Source: Raillietiella orientalis
Taxonomy: Eukaryota
Assembly: GCA_036172245.1 (NCBI GenBank)
Contig: JAYWIR010000054.1
Location: 372,001-436,000 of the forward strand
Reading direction: 5' to 3'
DNA length: 64,000 nucleotides
Shown one piece after another: positions 1 through 12,739 of this stretch. A model generated the notes under the pieces. The model was given only the letters and a program-made list of their open reading frames with translations, was not told where the DNA came from and did no database searches. The translations under genes and the position numbers were made by a program. Position 1 is the first letter of the stretch. Each line of letters starts with the position of its first letter.

Positions 1-3000
1 CCAGCGATCCGGGATTCCCTCTTCGAGTGACCGGTGCAAGAGCAGCAGCAGGGGCCGAGGGCCGATTACGCGCGAATGGTTCGACTCTCCCTCAAGTGGT
101 GAAACGCAGCCGCGCCCGTCGGTTAGCGGAGTGGCGGCGAGAAGAAAACCAACGCAACTCGTGGGCGTGGCGCCGCTTCGCAGGAGAGTCACTTCAGGTC
201 GCGCGTGCTGTGATCCGTGGTCCGGAAGCTGATGAATATTGCCGTTCCCGATCACCGGATTTCGGAAGCCGATGGAGTCCGTGAAGCGATGGATCTTCCT
301 GCGGCCCCTTCCCAAACCCCACAAGGGTGAGAGGCCGTTCTCATCGTCCGATACGGAGGGGCATGTCTCTGAGGTTTGGGGAAACGAAAGCGAAGGAAAA
401 AGGGGAGGTTGCGAGAATCTGCAGGGCGGGCTCCTGCTGAGACCATAACGACGTAGTCCATGCAGAACATCCATCCAACCGCAGGGACAAAAAGGGAGAA
501 AGAGGGATCCGTGCACTTGGAAGGTCTTGAAACAGGCCAGGACCACAGCCTGCGCGAAGCGGAGTCTGGCCAGCATTGGCAAGACGGCCATACTCATCTT
601 CATGGCCTCAGGCAACGACTTTGTTTGTCGAAGGAAGGGGAAACACTGGGAGGGATCGCCATTGTGTGGACTGGCGCTTCCCGATTCTCCAGGAAGAAGG
701 GGAACCGGGAGAAGATTGAGTCGTAGGATCGGAATGGGGGCTGGACGCGCGAGATTGCGTCTGAAGCATCCGGTCCTTGGTGTGTAGCAAAGGGATACGG
801 GAGAAGCGCAGCGTCCTAGCAGCGAGCAGAACTCTCTGGAGCAGATGGCTCGTCCGAGGTGGCTGGGGAAGGGATGCAGCTGCGCATCGTCTAGACACGC
901 GGTTCGCTTACTCGAAAGGTTGCCTTGCCGCAAGGCAAAAAAAGAAAAGGTCGGCGGACCAACGATTGGCTCGATTGGATGGGCTGCTCACATCCGAAAA
1001 GAGGGTGAGCATGTACGCACGAAGATGTCGCGGTGCCCGACAGCTCGGCAGGGGCATATGCCGAACAAAAATTGGATGAACGCAGCAAGCAAACGGGTAC
1101 GTCGGCAGGAAGTTAAGAGCTGGACCGCCGCCACGGTTCCTTGGTCACCAAGGGAGCAGAAAGCATGACTCCAAAAAGCTTCATTATTGCGCTGGGTCGA
1201 GCTGCTGGGAATCCTCGAGTGGCTTCCAGCGCTGAAGAACAACCGAGCCCTCTCCTGAGGTGGATAGAGACGGCACTTCAGCCGTTGCACTGGAGTCTGC
1301 CATGCAACTCCCGCCGGTCTCACTGGACCCGGGGGGCTGTTGGCCCGAACTGCTGCAGGTGCGGGGAACGAGAATCCAAGCTCGCGCACCTGCTCGTAGA
1401 CTCGTATTCTTCTGTGGTTGCGTTGCGCAACGACCCTTGGTGCACCAACGGACCATCCCACGGACGTGATAAGAGCCTGTGAGCGACGCCCTTTGCCTGC
1501 CGTATGCTCAGCACCTCTTTGCAACCTATGTGGGATTATAGCAGCCTGGAGCTACTCGAGAGGAGGGCAGTGAGATAGGGACGCTGCCTGCTTCGTCCTG
1601 CACTTCCTGCGGACGGCAGCTAGATGACCCGCCTGGTGCATACTCGGATGGAACTTGCCGCCATCCTGGAAAGGATGCAGATGACGCCCTTCACCACCCA
1701 ATGAACGCTTCCCAATCGCTCCAAAAGTTTTGCATATATACATTTTTTTATCTTTATTTTTGTTCTTCCCTCCCCCTCCGCTGCCGAGACGAACCTCGCC
1801 GGCCTGCGTGTCGGTTACTCGGCAGGCTGCGAACTCTTTCGGACGTTGTAGGGCCGATAACCCTACACGTGTTTGTTTGTTATTTTTTACAATGAACGCC
1901 TCGGCTCTAACGAGTGTTGATCCAGAAGCTACCAGCGAGCTGAGAAGCTGCAAACTGATTTGGACCCTGGCCTGCAAGATTAAGGAACCTCCCGGGCAGC
2001 CGCCTGCCACTCCCACGCTGTCGCGAAGAGCGCAATGGGGGCACCTCCCGCAGCTGCGCAGGCAGCGAGGCGAGGTGCCACGTGAAACCGAGGGAAGGAC
2101 AGGGAGGGGAGTTGCAACTCACGAACGTGGATTCCTTCATCGCTGTCCCCCCTTTTTTGGCGATGCTGCGACGCCTGGAGGTGCTACGAGCGCATTTCCA
2201 CAGCCCGCTGCGAGCGAGGGCAGGAATCCTTGCCGATCGGAAACACACGCATCCTTCTCCCTCGTCGCCACCAAAGACCATCGGCAAAGATATGCTGAGG
2301 CGGACACTCCCCAGGCGCGCGGCGCTCGCGACGCCTTCGGCAGTCTTTCGCATCTCCATGCGAGTTGCTCGCCACAGAAATGACGGCACGGACAAAATAC
2401 TTTGGAAATGGCGGTGGTGCCATAAAAACGGATTGCCCTCATCCCGTTGAGAACATTTCCGCCTCCGGAAGGCATCCTCGAATTCATGGTTTGTTGACGT
2501 CGGACAAGGCGAAGAGACGCGGTCCGAGAAAAAATCAGAGGGAATTGCAGGCGATTTCCTTTTCAACACGTTGGTGTGCTTGCGCTGCTGGCCCTTCGGA
2601 AGGATTGGGTGCAGCTCTCCCCAGCGGAAGAGACTTTCGGGCACGACACTGCTCCAGGGGCACACACGTCCGTGTCACCAGATCACCCGATGCAGCAGCT
2701 GCAATATCGAATCCAACCATCTCAGTGAAAAAGCTCAGCCTTTTACAAACACCGGCTGAGACCACGTGCAGAAGAGTCGCAAGGAACGAGACGGGAGGCG
2801 GATCCATCGCCAGCCGAAGCACCAGGGAACGCCCGGCGACTCAAGAAGAAGCGGAAAGGGAAAAACTCGGAAGAAAGTCCCGCCCAGAGCCCACGCAAAG
2901 GGGCCGCTTCGCTGGGCAGAACGATTTAAAGATTAGCCGCAAAGACGACGCCCGTCTTTCCAGTGGGCGCCTGGGCTCTCCCCTTCTGATGTCAGTGTGG

Positions 3001-3822
3001 GGCGCCGCTCCTAGCGCGCGATTGGCGCCACCGTTCCCGGAGCACAGGGTGGGTCTCCCTTAGATGCGCCAGGTACAAGGAGGTGAGAACCTGAGGAGCA
3101 TTTTCTGGACACTGTTGCTCTCCGGGGAGTTTGGAACCACCTGGGGGCAGCCCTGTTTCTACCGGAAGGCACTCCGGAAGAGTCGCTGCGGCTCCCGTTC
3201 ACACTCAGCGACCCGACGCCGCACCTTCCCCCACCGTGCATTGCACCAGAAGAATCGTGGATTCCTGGAACCTCGAGGAGGAATGCCAGCAAGAACAGTG
3301 CGTCTCTACTGAGATGAAGAATGCGCCCTCTTCTGGAAGAAGTGTCTGTTAAAGCAGCCATGGAAGACAGGCATCAGGAAGTTCTGCAGCCCACTCATCC
3401 ATCTATCCCTTATTCAGTGACTTCATTGCCGCTTACTTCTTATTCACTCGTCTTTCTATCTTTGGCCGATGTCCGTTGCCGGTTGTGTATTCTTCCTCAC
3501 TTGTTGCACTCCTAGAAACATTGCTCCGGAGTCTTGACGTCGTCGTGTTTTGAACCCGTTCGATCGAGAATGGCCGTCGTCGACTTGGAGGCACTCTCGG
3601 ACAAGAGGGATTGCCTGTTCTTGCGCTTGCGGTATGCGGGCGCGCCGCATTGCAACCGCACAAAACGGATGCTGCTGCCACGCCCACAGCACCCTCGCAG
3701 CAAACGAGGGAGTGGTCAGAAGAACCGCGAGCACACGCTGACACGCCAACAATCTTTCGGTTTATTCCAAAGACTTTCCCAATGAATCTATTTCTCCTAG
3801 AGGATGGTTGCTGCTGGAACAT

Positions 3823-5230
3823 TCAACTTTCTTCTTCCGGAATACTGTACTTCGCATAGTTCCACTTCCACAGCATCAACGCTGTGTACATCGTTGCAAT
3901 GGCCGTGTCGTACATGTGGCCAGATATGTCTAAGCGCTCATAGAATTTTTCCTTGAATTGTTCCAGTCTGCAGTTTTGCTCCTCCAATAACTTGTAGACA
4001 TATTCGATAGTTGGTAAGCCTTTTTCATGACACAGTCTCGCTAGTATAAAGTCCATCCCGGGGATGAAGCGTACGTCGTCATTTGCTGTGGCCCTCCACA
4101 TGAAGCGATTGATAACGGGAGTGACTCCGAACTCGGAATTTTTAGATGAATCCAGATACAACAAAAGATGACCGTATACCATGTTCAACTCTTCGTGGAG
4201 CGAATGCAGGTCAGTAGGCACACGCATAAAATCGAACGAGCGAGACGTTGAAGGTGCGGAAATGAGTGCACTATCCGAATCAGTCCTTGCTATGACAGGA
4301 GCACTGACGGCTTCGGTTCTCACAGCTGGGAAGTCAAATTCAAGTGAACTTTCCGAATCAGTCCTTGCTGTGACGGGAGCACTGACGGCTTCGGTTCTCA
4401 CAGCTGGGAAGTCAAATTCAAGTGAACTATCCGAATCAGTCGTTGCTATGACGGGAGCACTGACGGCTTCGGTTCTCACAGCTGGAAAGTGAAATTCAAG
4501 TGTGCATGGAATTCTCGAGGAATAAGATGCTCGAGGTCTTAACATACCTGGAGATGGGCCCCTGAGGGATTTCACGAGTTTTAAAAGTTCAGCTTCATCG
4601 GGTAATAAATAATTGGCGTCATATCTTGCAGAAGAGGCGGATGTGTCGGGACTTGAAATTGAAAGAACTGGAAAACTCGGTGCTCTGGGAGACGGGAAAC
4701 GAGGTGCCGAGGTCGAAGATGCCTCTAGTGCAACAGCAGCTTCATCGACTCCTGCGACAGGTTTCGATCGACCAACTGGAAGACTCGGTGTTCTGGGAGT
4801 CGGTAGACGAGGTGCCGGGGTCGAAGATGCCTGTGGTTCATCGACAGCAAATTCATCTACTCCTGCGAAAGCAGCAGCATGTTCATCGACTCCTGCGACA
4901 GGTTTCGATCGACCAACTGGACGACTCGGTGTTCTGGGAGTCGGGAGACGAGGTGCCGGGGTCGAAGATGCCTGTGGTTCATCGACAGCAGGTTCATCGA
5001 CTCCTGCGAGAGGTTCCGCTTGAACAACTGGAGCACTGGGAAGCACAACTCCAACTCTACGCGGCCAAGGAACACAGACGCGACGAACGTTTGGAATTTC
5101 CTGCTTCTTCCCACTTTTCGTTCGTGGAGTGCGCTTGGAGATCAAAGGTTTACTGCGAGATCGTGGATTAACACAGGAAACATGCAACCAACTTTTCTTA
5201 CCGTTTTCCAGGGAGTTTAGCAGACTTCAT
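3823..5230 (-). CDS. BAF-like domain protein, subtype A (predicted exons 5230-5202, 5152-4548, 4481-3823; ~430 aa) with Pro/Ser-rich repetitive N-terminus
   Basis: ATG at 5230 (MKSAKLPGKR); CG|GTAAGA...CGCAG 49-nt intron joins in frame to the 454-aa ORF; second candidate intron CAG|GTATGT...TTTCCAG (66 nt). C-terminus FMWRATANDDVRFIPGMD...LCHEKGL...FKEKF...TMYTALMLW keeps BAF motif spacing. Confidence 0.75.
4265..4498. repeat. 78-bp tandem repeat x3 (26 aa, LEFDFPAVRTEAVSAPV...) inside gene A
   Basis: Units start at 4265, 4343 and 4421; single copy in the paralog at 32654-33653. Confidence 0.95.
4680..5010. repeat. 111/141-bp intragenic tandem repeats (AGVDE...ASSTPAPRLPTPRTPS) inside gene A
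   Basis: ttcatcgactcctgcga recurs at 4741, 4882 and 4993; 252 bp extra relative to the paralog. Confidence 0.93.
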
Positions 5231-6308
5231 AGTAAAAGTAAGCGGAAGAGGGAAGGAAGGAGGCACAAGCTATAGAGAAATGATGAATAAGGTTTCCAAG
5301 GAAACCATATAGTTGGTATTCCACGTGTTAGCTTGCTCACTGACCTTCGCTTCTACGATAGCAACGTTTCACCTCCGGTACAAGTTGCGCTAATAATGTG
5401 TAACCCGAGGGATTCCGAGGCCATCCAGTACGGCGTTGATGACTTTAAGGACGATGGCCAGGGTGGTCTCTATGCTAACAATGGAGTGGCGGTGCTGTCC
5501 TCTGGAAGAAGCGTGGCCCCATGCCATCTCAGGGAGGACAGCGTTACCCCTTTTTTAAGAACGTTTCGTTTGCTTCGACTGTGAAGTAGTATTCTGCAAT
5601 CTGCTTGAGGGCTGCGAGGACTTCCGTGAAGGGCGCAAGGGGTCCTGAGCTCTCTTGTGTTTTCAGGGTGCCGGCATATGTGGCGCCGGTTTCCTAGCTG
5701 GAAACCGGGCTTTCCTTTCGTTAGTCCCGGCATGTGAGCGAGCAGTACTCCCGGCCAACTTTCAGCGGCTCCGCAGCACGCGATCGGAGCACTTCGTAAG
5801 TTCAAGAACGGGATTTACATCAGTGCTAGGGTCAAGAGACGTACCTTGAAACAGGAGAACTCGTGCCGGATGTGCAATCTCTCCTTTCACATCTTCTGTT
5901 TTGCAGCCAGCCATTCTCCTCCGGCGCACGAACACCTACATCTGACGGAAGGAGACAGTTCCAACGTAGGGCGATCAGACGAGACCCGCGAGTGAGGTGA
6001 CCAAGTGCCGTCAACACGGCCAGAATGCCGAAAGATCCGTGATGGCGGTGGGCAGTGGGCTGCAGTCCTGCTCGCGAGTCGACCTCTTTGCCGCAACAGG
6101 GTATTCCGCTTCCGGGATCTTTGGCACCTGCCAACCGGAAACGTAGGAGGTATCCTGCGCGATCTAGGAGGCTCTGCTGCGGGACAGCTCGCTAAAGCCG
6201 CAGACGAGGTCACCTCTCGTGGAGAGCTTGCACTTCAAGGAAAACTCCTCAGCGTCCCACCGAAAGTGCCGGAGGTCTCCGCAGTGATGGTGAAGACCTG
6301 CCTTTCCT

Positions 6309-7245
6309 TTGACATACCTCAGTCTGTGTTGCTCCTGCCCAGGTTTTCTGGAGCAAGGACTGGCTCGTTGCCGCGACCCTGGTTCGACATTTGACGTAGG
6401 GCAACATACCGCAGCGTTCCCGAGAGATGCTCTGGCTCGATTGCCTACTGGGCCTTCTCCATCGGCCGCCCCTCCACCGATAGCCTCCAGTGTTGCAGAT
6501 CCTCTTTCGAAATCTGTCGCAGGGCTTCCTAAAGTTACTGTTGCACAACAGCCATCTTGGTCTACTCCATTGTCTGCTTCAGGACCAACGAAACCTTTTG
6601 TTCCAGTTGGCTTCTCAAAACCTGTTGCAGAACACGAACTATTGCCTTTCAAACTCATTGATACTGCTCCCAGGAAGATCTCTATTGAAGAACCCTATGG
6701 GAAATACCCTGAATACCTTAGATCACTTGAAAGGTATCCGAATTTACCAAAAATTGATGAATCCTTTGCAACGATTCGGACACCAAGAAAATCATCTCCT
6801 GCAACCTTAATGGGGCAATCATGGAGCATAAAATTACCATCCACTAGCGATTCATTCAGGTATCGACCTTATGCAACCATACAAAGAACCAAAATCTTTG
6901 CTGGTTTCCCCTTCACATCTGCTACTTTTAAAGATGAAGAAGTTTCCCAACCTCGAAACATCGCCATTAGACCCACACCCATAGGATATCCTTTGAAGAG
7001 CGAAAGTTGCTTTTATATGTCCGGGATATCCCCTGAGTGACCATTTCCAAGTGGAAATCTTCCAGCAACCTCTAAGGGCATTGGCATGTTGCAACCTGAA
7101 AGCGAAGCTGAAGACGCTTCGCTTTCACCTTCCAGTTGGCCTTACCGGCGGAGAACCTCACAGACATGTCCAAAGGAATTCGTCGGGAACGAGTGGGAAT
7201 CTCTAGATGGCCTCGGAAATGGAATCCAAGACATAAATGAATTGC
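6309..7245 (+). pseudogene. BAF-like family subtype B copy, frameshifted and 3'-truncated
   Basis: Clear homology to 25060-25580 (SWSIKLPS, FRYRPY, GYPLKSES, TSQTCPKEFVGNEWESLDGLG); homology stops at about 7245. Confidence 0.6.
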
Positions 7246-7279
7246 CTTTACTTTCTAGAGCACCCAGTGCTTCATCCAG

Positions 7280-7561
7280 GGCAAACGACGAGGGCGGCCA
7301 ACCTTTGAGGTGGGAGATTTCCTCAGCCACTGCAGGGGCCGAGAGATGCCTCGAATGCTGGTGAACGCGGCCATGCCTCGTTTCGGTGCGGAGGGTCCTC
7401 CGCTCTCACCCTGCACTGGAAATGTCCGAGGCTCTTCTGCCTCTCCTGCGCTGCGGTCATTTGCGTGCAACCAGCTGGGGCGTCTGGTTCTCGGGGGAAT
7501 TGCCATCCCGAACCGTCGCCGGCGTGGGACGGCGCAACCCCTCCCGCATCCCTCGTTGGAC
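7280..7561. repeat. Dispersed ~280-bp repeat with an inverted copy at ~37810-38090
   Basis: Mirrored translations such as GRLVLGGIAIPNRR / MAIPPRTRR; origin not identified. Confidence 0.85.
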
Positions 7562-8139
7562 CGCGGTGCTCTGGAGGCGACGACCCGTTTCGGATTTGCT
7601 GCGGCACGCTGAAGCCTTCTCCGCCTGCTCCTTCACTCACGGTGAAGGAGGAGGCGGGCGACGTGAGCACGAAGAGATGCCGGATCCGCTCCATACTCGC
7701 AGTTCTGACCTTGCCTGATGGAGACTCCAAGGAGAGGTTCTTAGTGTTGCAGCTGCCTTGAAGAGGACGGCTGCACAGTGGCCTGCCAGAAAGAGGTCAT
7801 GAAGTGGTAGGAAGAAGGGATCGATTGGGGCCAAGGATCCTTCTCTCCCCTCTTTTTTCTTCCATTTCTTGTCCACTCCCCTGTTTCACTCCAGAGCTCC
7901 CGTAGAAGCCGGTATCCCTTATTCGTAGTTTGTTTGCTAAGCAAATTTTTCGTTGTAACGCGTTTCAAACCCTGTGATCTCTGCTGCTTTGCGAAAGAGG
8001 GCTTTCGTGTCCTGGATTGCGTTTTAGGGACTGAGTCCGGCGGACTCTTCCACCGTGCCATTCTCCTTCGTCTAAGAGAAGTGCTGCAGGACCGGAAGTA
8101 GTCGAGGTCGCACACCTCTTGCCACGGCGCTGTTAGCTT

Positions 8140-8875
8140 CTTATGACAAGGAGCCCACCGGCGGGATGGGAGTTCTTGTGTGCCAGTGCAGGGGCGACGA
8201 CGAATCTCCCTGTCGTCGGGAGCCCGCACGAGCTTTCAGGCGCCACCTCCACCGCCCTTCCCGAGCCACTCCGTGGAGAAGGGACTGCATCCGTCGAGCC
8301 GGATGCCGGGCGAGGTCTCACCCTCGTGCTAGGGCATCTTGGTATTTCCGGAAAAGTAGCAGCGCGAGGGTGCTCTTTCTTCTCTGGAGCTCCAGTGAGC
8401 GCCGGCACCTTTTCTCCGGGTCAGGGCTTCGCCCGAACAGCGCCGGATGCTGTTCGGTGGGGCCGTTGCTGCCTCACCTTCTTTTGCGGACTGCAGCGAC
8501 CCCGAGGGGCTTGTGGCGTAAGCTGGATACGGAGCTTCGGGTCCAGGAAGACACCGCCCGTGGCTCCTGCCGCGGCGGCTCTTTCCGCGCTGCGGACTCT
8601 CTTCTGGTGCAGCGATGGCGGCGACGTGCGTTGCGTCCGCAGCAGTGTCGCGGCTTGCCACTCTTTTAGACGCAGGCGCTGCAAAGGGAGGTTACCTACC
8701 ATGGCACCTGAGGGTCTTCCTGAGGACGGCTGCGAGGTGGCCGCACCTGGAAGAAGAAGCGAAGGCGGAGATGGCCTGCATTTAGCGCCGTATCGGAAAA
8801 AGAAGGGAACGAAACTTCTGTCCCCTCCCACCCTCTTTTATTTATTTATTGTTCCCCCTACTTCCGATTCCAACT
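8140..8875 (+). mobile_element. Decayed 3' end of an L1/Tx1-like element related to the intact one
   Basis: PNSAGCC...LPHLLLRTAATPRGLWRKL matches PNCKRC...LPHLLLDCGALLGLWRRL; followed by the same agggaacg...ctgtcccctccc...tttattt 3' UTR start. Left boundary approximate. Confidence 0.7.
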
Positions 8876-9115
8876 CCACCTTCTTGTCGTAGGGTCTTGA
8901 ACTTCCTCCGTTCTCGGCATGCAACCAGGTTCTCAACCGGTTCCTCTACCATCAAAGAAACGTCTTAGCATGAACGGGTGAGAAACTTCAGGGAAAAAGG
9001 GAGTGTCTAGAAGTACCGCGGGATCTCCGCCCCGTCCCACAGGATTCCTTGAAAATCTACCCAGCGGAGAATCCCGTGGGGCGGGTACTGGGAGTGGAAG
9101 CCTCAGCCGGCCGGC

Positions 9116-9217
9116 TTAGATGGTGCAAGAATATTTAGTGCTCATGCCGAAACAAATATTGCTTTAGCAGATTATGCTAAGTATGTGAATACAATGAGCT
9201 CTTCTTTTACCAAAGGA
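9116..9217 (+). pseudogene. ltaE: Fragment of a bacterial low-specificity L-threonine aldolase
   Basis: LDGARIFSAHAETNIALADYAKYVNTMSSSFTKG aligns without gaps to the family motif LDGARIFNA...L..I..Y.D....C.SKG, ending at the PLP lysine; AT-rich. Confidence 0.75.
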
Positions 9218-9225
9218 TTTACATT

Positions 9226-9330
9226 TTGCTTTTATTCCTGACAGCTCAGATAAGCATACCGTTGCAGACTGTGCCTATCACATTGCAAACTTTAGTAGTA
9301 ATGCTCATTGGGGTCAAATTTAACCGTCGC
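9226..9330 (+). pseudogene. bioY: Fragment of bacterial biotin transporter BioY (Rickettsiales/Wolbachia-like)
   Basis: LLLFLTAQISIPLQTVPITLQTLVVMLIGVKFNRR carries the BioY AQISIP..VPITLQTL.V.L.G signature; AT-rich against GC-rich flanks. Confidence 0.85.
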
Positions 9331-12300
9331 CGGGTCGTCATGGTCACTGCTTCCTCGAAGGGAAGACATCGCTGGAGCAAGCGGGATCCCCCGTGCTCAC
9401 AAGGTCTCACTGGGTCATGGCGCGAACCCATGCGCCGCGCCTCTGCTTCTCGCTTGAACTACCCCCTTCCCTTCGTCGCCGCTTCCGGGAGCTCCAGTTC
9501 GTGGGCAAGCCGCAGATCTCGGCTTTCTTCCTGAGCGAGGGCAGCGATCCGCCCAAGCCGGTGCCCGCCTCGGAGTGGCCTCCGGCTGGAGGCCGCACAC
9601 GAAGAACCAGGCGGGTCTCTCTGACTACTAAGGAACCGTTTGCCTGGGGACAAACGAAGTTTTTCAGCACTGCCCACACCTCCTGGGTTTGCGGGCAACT
9701 CAGCAAGTCATGGGCGCGACCCCATGGATCCAGGAAGGCTGCTGAGGAAGGAGTTCCTTCCCCCAACGCTTGGTAGGAAACCTCGAAGGAACTCTCTTTC
9801 TCGTTTTCTCCTCAGAGACTCTCGGCAGAGGATCCTCTCCTGGAATTCCTCTCCTGAAGAACATCCCGAAGGGATGCTTACCGATTCCTCTGAAGGATCC
9901 CTCCCGAACGTTGCGGCGCAAGTCTCTTAGAGCTGATGCATGCATTTCTTTTCGGGAACGAGATCTCGACCACCGAGGGTTGCCTCCGCTAAGCAGAAGG
10001 GCACGCCTGAATTCCGCGGCGCAGCGAACGCAGTACGCCCGTTTCCAGGGAACCTCGCGTCAGCGACTTCCACGCTTCCATGCCTCTCGGAAGGGCAATC
10101 GGCAACCGGACTCTTCTGCGGCTTACGGCCGCCTCAGAAGACGAGGACGGAAAGAAACCATAGAGCAGGGTAGGGTGAAGAAGACGACGTGTCTTGGGAG
10201 AGGCGGAGGAGCGAACGCTGCCTCCGCTGGGAACGCGGGTGGCAGCGGAGTAAGTGCCGAGGAGACCGACAGGAAACGCGGCGAGGCCGATCGGCTTGCC
10301 ATACCGTACTTTTGAAGGATCCCAGAAAGCCCCAATATCACCAGAGCAACCATCAGGATACTGCCAGCAAGGTAGACTGGGTAGACTGGCCCTTTCCGGG
10401 ATTCTCAGCCATCGAAGCACTAATGCTTTGTGCACAATGATTCTCCTGGAAGTCGCAAGGTTGCCGACATATCCCTTCTTGGCATTTCTCCAGATTCCTC
10501 ACTTCCCCATGTAAACTCTTCCTCGTGGTCCGGGGGCCACCTGCTTCTTCCTCCCTCGTCTCTTTCTCCCTCTCCGAGTCTGGTATTTGACCACGAGCCA
10601 AGGACCGCCGCTTTCGAGTTGCAACTCTTCCCTGCGCTACCCTATCAGGATTTTCGCAGTGGCCAATAGCAACCCTGAGTTTCGCCTTTTCTTCTTCAGG
10701 GGACTCAGATACCAACTTCTTTCGGTAAGAAGGAGAATGCTGTCCCAAGTGTAATCTTTTGGTTCCATTTAGGCGTCCACCAACGCAGCTGACAAAAAGG
10801 CAACCCTTTCATCTCTTGTGCTGCGACTTCGACGAGTCTCCCGTGGAACCTGTTGAGTCGCTGCTCCCGTTGCAGGAGTCGGGAGAATTCGACTGGGAAG
10901 ATGGAGAAGACTCCACGATGCTTCCGAGACGACTGGCGCTCTTAGTGTGATGCTTTCAGAGGGCATCGAGAAGAGACGTCACACCGCTGCTGTCCCGACT
11001 ATCCATCTCCCGCTGGGGAAAGGAGACCTTGGGAAAAGCCTTTGGGATCAACAGGAAGAGCGCCGTCGGCGTGTCCGCGTGTGTTCGGCTCCACTTTTAC
11101 AAGCAGAGGGGAACCCCGAGGGTTCTTGATCCCTGAATGGACTCCAAAGGGTCAAAGTCCAATCCCGGCCAGTCAAGGGGGCATCCGGCTGCTACCACCG
11201 CCACCGCACTCGAACGGGCAGACCCGTGTCATCTTGCGGGAAAAACGAGAAACTCTGACAACCCACCCAACCCCATCTCTCGGTGTTGATCCTTTCCTTC
11301 CGTCGATCCTGCGACGCGCAGTGGTGCCGCGCGCGGAGACGCGCAGCCACCCGCTCCAAGCCACCCTCCCACTTGGCTAGAGGTCCACAGAGGGTGCCTT
11401 CCAAAATCACGGCACACCCCCATCCTTCCCCCCTCTTCAGACCAGCCTGCGAGGACTCAGCTCACACTCCGACCGCTCCACCACCGATGATTGCTCTTCG
11501 ACGCCCCCTGGGATGACGGCCGGGACTGTTCGACCCGGTGGCTTTCGGAGGCGCCGACGATCCCCCGATGGGATGTTCTCGAGCGCACCCGGAACCTCTG
11601 CATCCCGAAGGCTCCCAGCTGCCTGACGATCTGCGGATAGCAGTCCCCCCCTCCACCAAGACGGTCTCACCTGCAGGGGGAGAAGAGGACAGAAGGAGGA
11701 ACTCGCCTGCCGTCCTGCGCGGGCCGCGGAAGGCCGGACGGGAAGGCGAAGTTCCCGTCCCCTCCCGCTCCTGAGACGAGCGACCGGGAGGCGATCCAAA
11801 GATGGGATGGATTGTCCGGGATACTCTCCGGGGGAGCTTCGTCATTCCGCGAATCCCCGGCCTCCCTTCTCGGTGCCGGCAGACCACCATCGCTCTGGCT
11901 CCCCCGGAAACGAGGACCGCCACCGCGCCTCTGGCGGGGCGCCCCCCAGCGTTCGTGCTTCCGGAACGCCGGAGGCTGCTCCAGGGCACGGGGAACCCTG
12001 AAGGCCTCTCCGGAGAGAGGCATCTACGCCATCAGGCTAACCAGTGGCCGCCCGCCACGCGAGAACAGTTACGCCCCTTAGTGCCTGCACGCGAATCATG
12101 GAGGAACAGCCAGCATCCCTGGAGGAGCGAGGGGGAGAGATTGGGGCCCACGAGGGAGCCTTTGAATGCGGCGTGTGGGCAGGCAGGTCCCAAGCCAGGG
12201 ACCTTCTCGTCCGACTCAGGCCCTCGAGAATCCATAGGAAATACGCCGGATGGGTCCGTCCCGTTCCCTATTTGCTTCTACATGCTGCCTGCTCGGCCTC

Positions 12301-12739
12301 CACTCCTTCCTTGGCCATGCCCTTGCGAGGGCAGCCCCACGAGCCGGACCCTTCTCCATCTGCGGTTTCACTTTCATTTCCAACAAACAGCCCGGCAGTC
12401 CGTGACGGAAAGGTCGCGCCGGGACGCTCGTTCTAGGAACGGGAAGGGACAGGATCGCTTCCTTTTCCCATCGTGAACTGCGCGGCCCGCACAGGATGGC
12501 CGGAGAGGCCCTCCTTCTTCCCCCTCCCCCCCGCAGGTCGGGGCCAGGGTGTCTCCTTGGTTATAGGGAGCGTATCTGGTTATCGGGAAGTATCGAAACG
12601 GCTCCCCTGGGGTAGGGTCGTCTCGATACTTCCCTGACGCGGTGCCCTCTCTCCGCCTCACAGTCTGCCGTACGAAGGCAGCGGTTGCGGCGGGAGAAAG
12701 GGCGCTGAAGGTCGTCCACTAGCACGGAGAGGGCCTCGG

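Larger units (their letters stand above)
1..6114. repeat. Inverted duplication A, left arm (partner 31770-37475); cut by the left window edge
   Basis: Base 1 pairs with 37475. Mirrored ORFs give coordinate sum 37476 up to the BAF-like gene and 37884 beyond it; the 408-bp offset equals the extra internal repeats in this arm's gene. Confidence 0.97.

Noticed and set aside
4265..5010. Tandem repeats as a CRISPR array
   Set aside because: No unique spacers; unit lengths are multiples of three inside a coding frame; no cas genes.
9226..9534. 102-aa ORF as a functional bioY, or the window as bacterial
   Set aside because: BioY similarity ends after 35 codons; the surroundings have spliceosomal-type introns and LINEs, and no operons.
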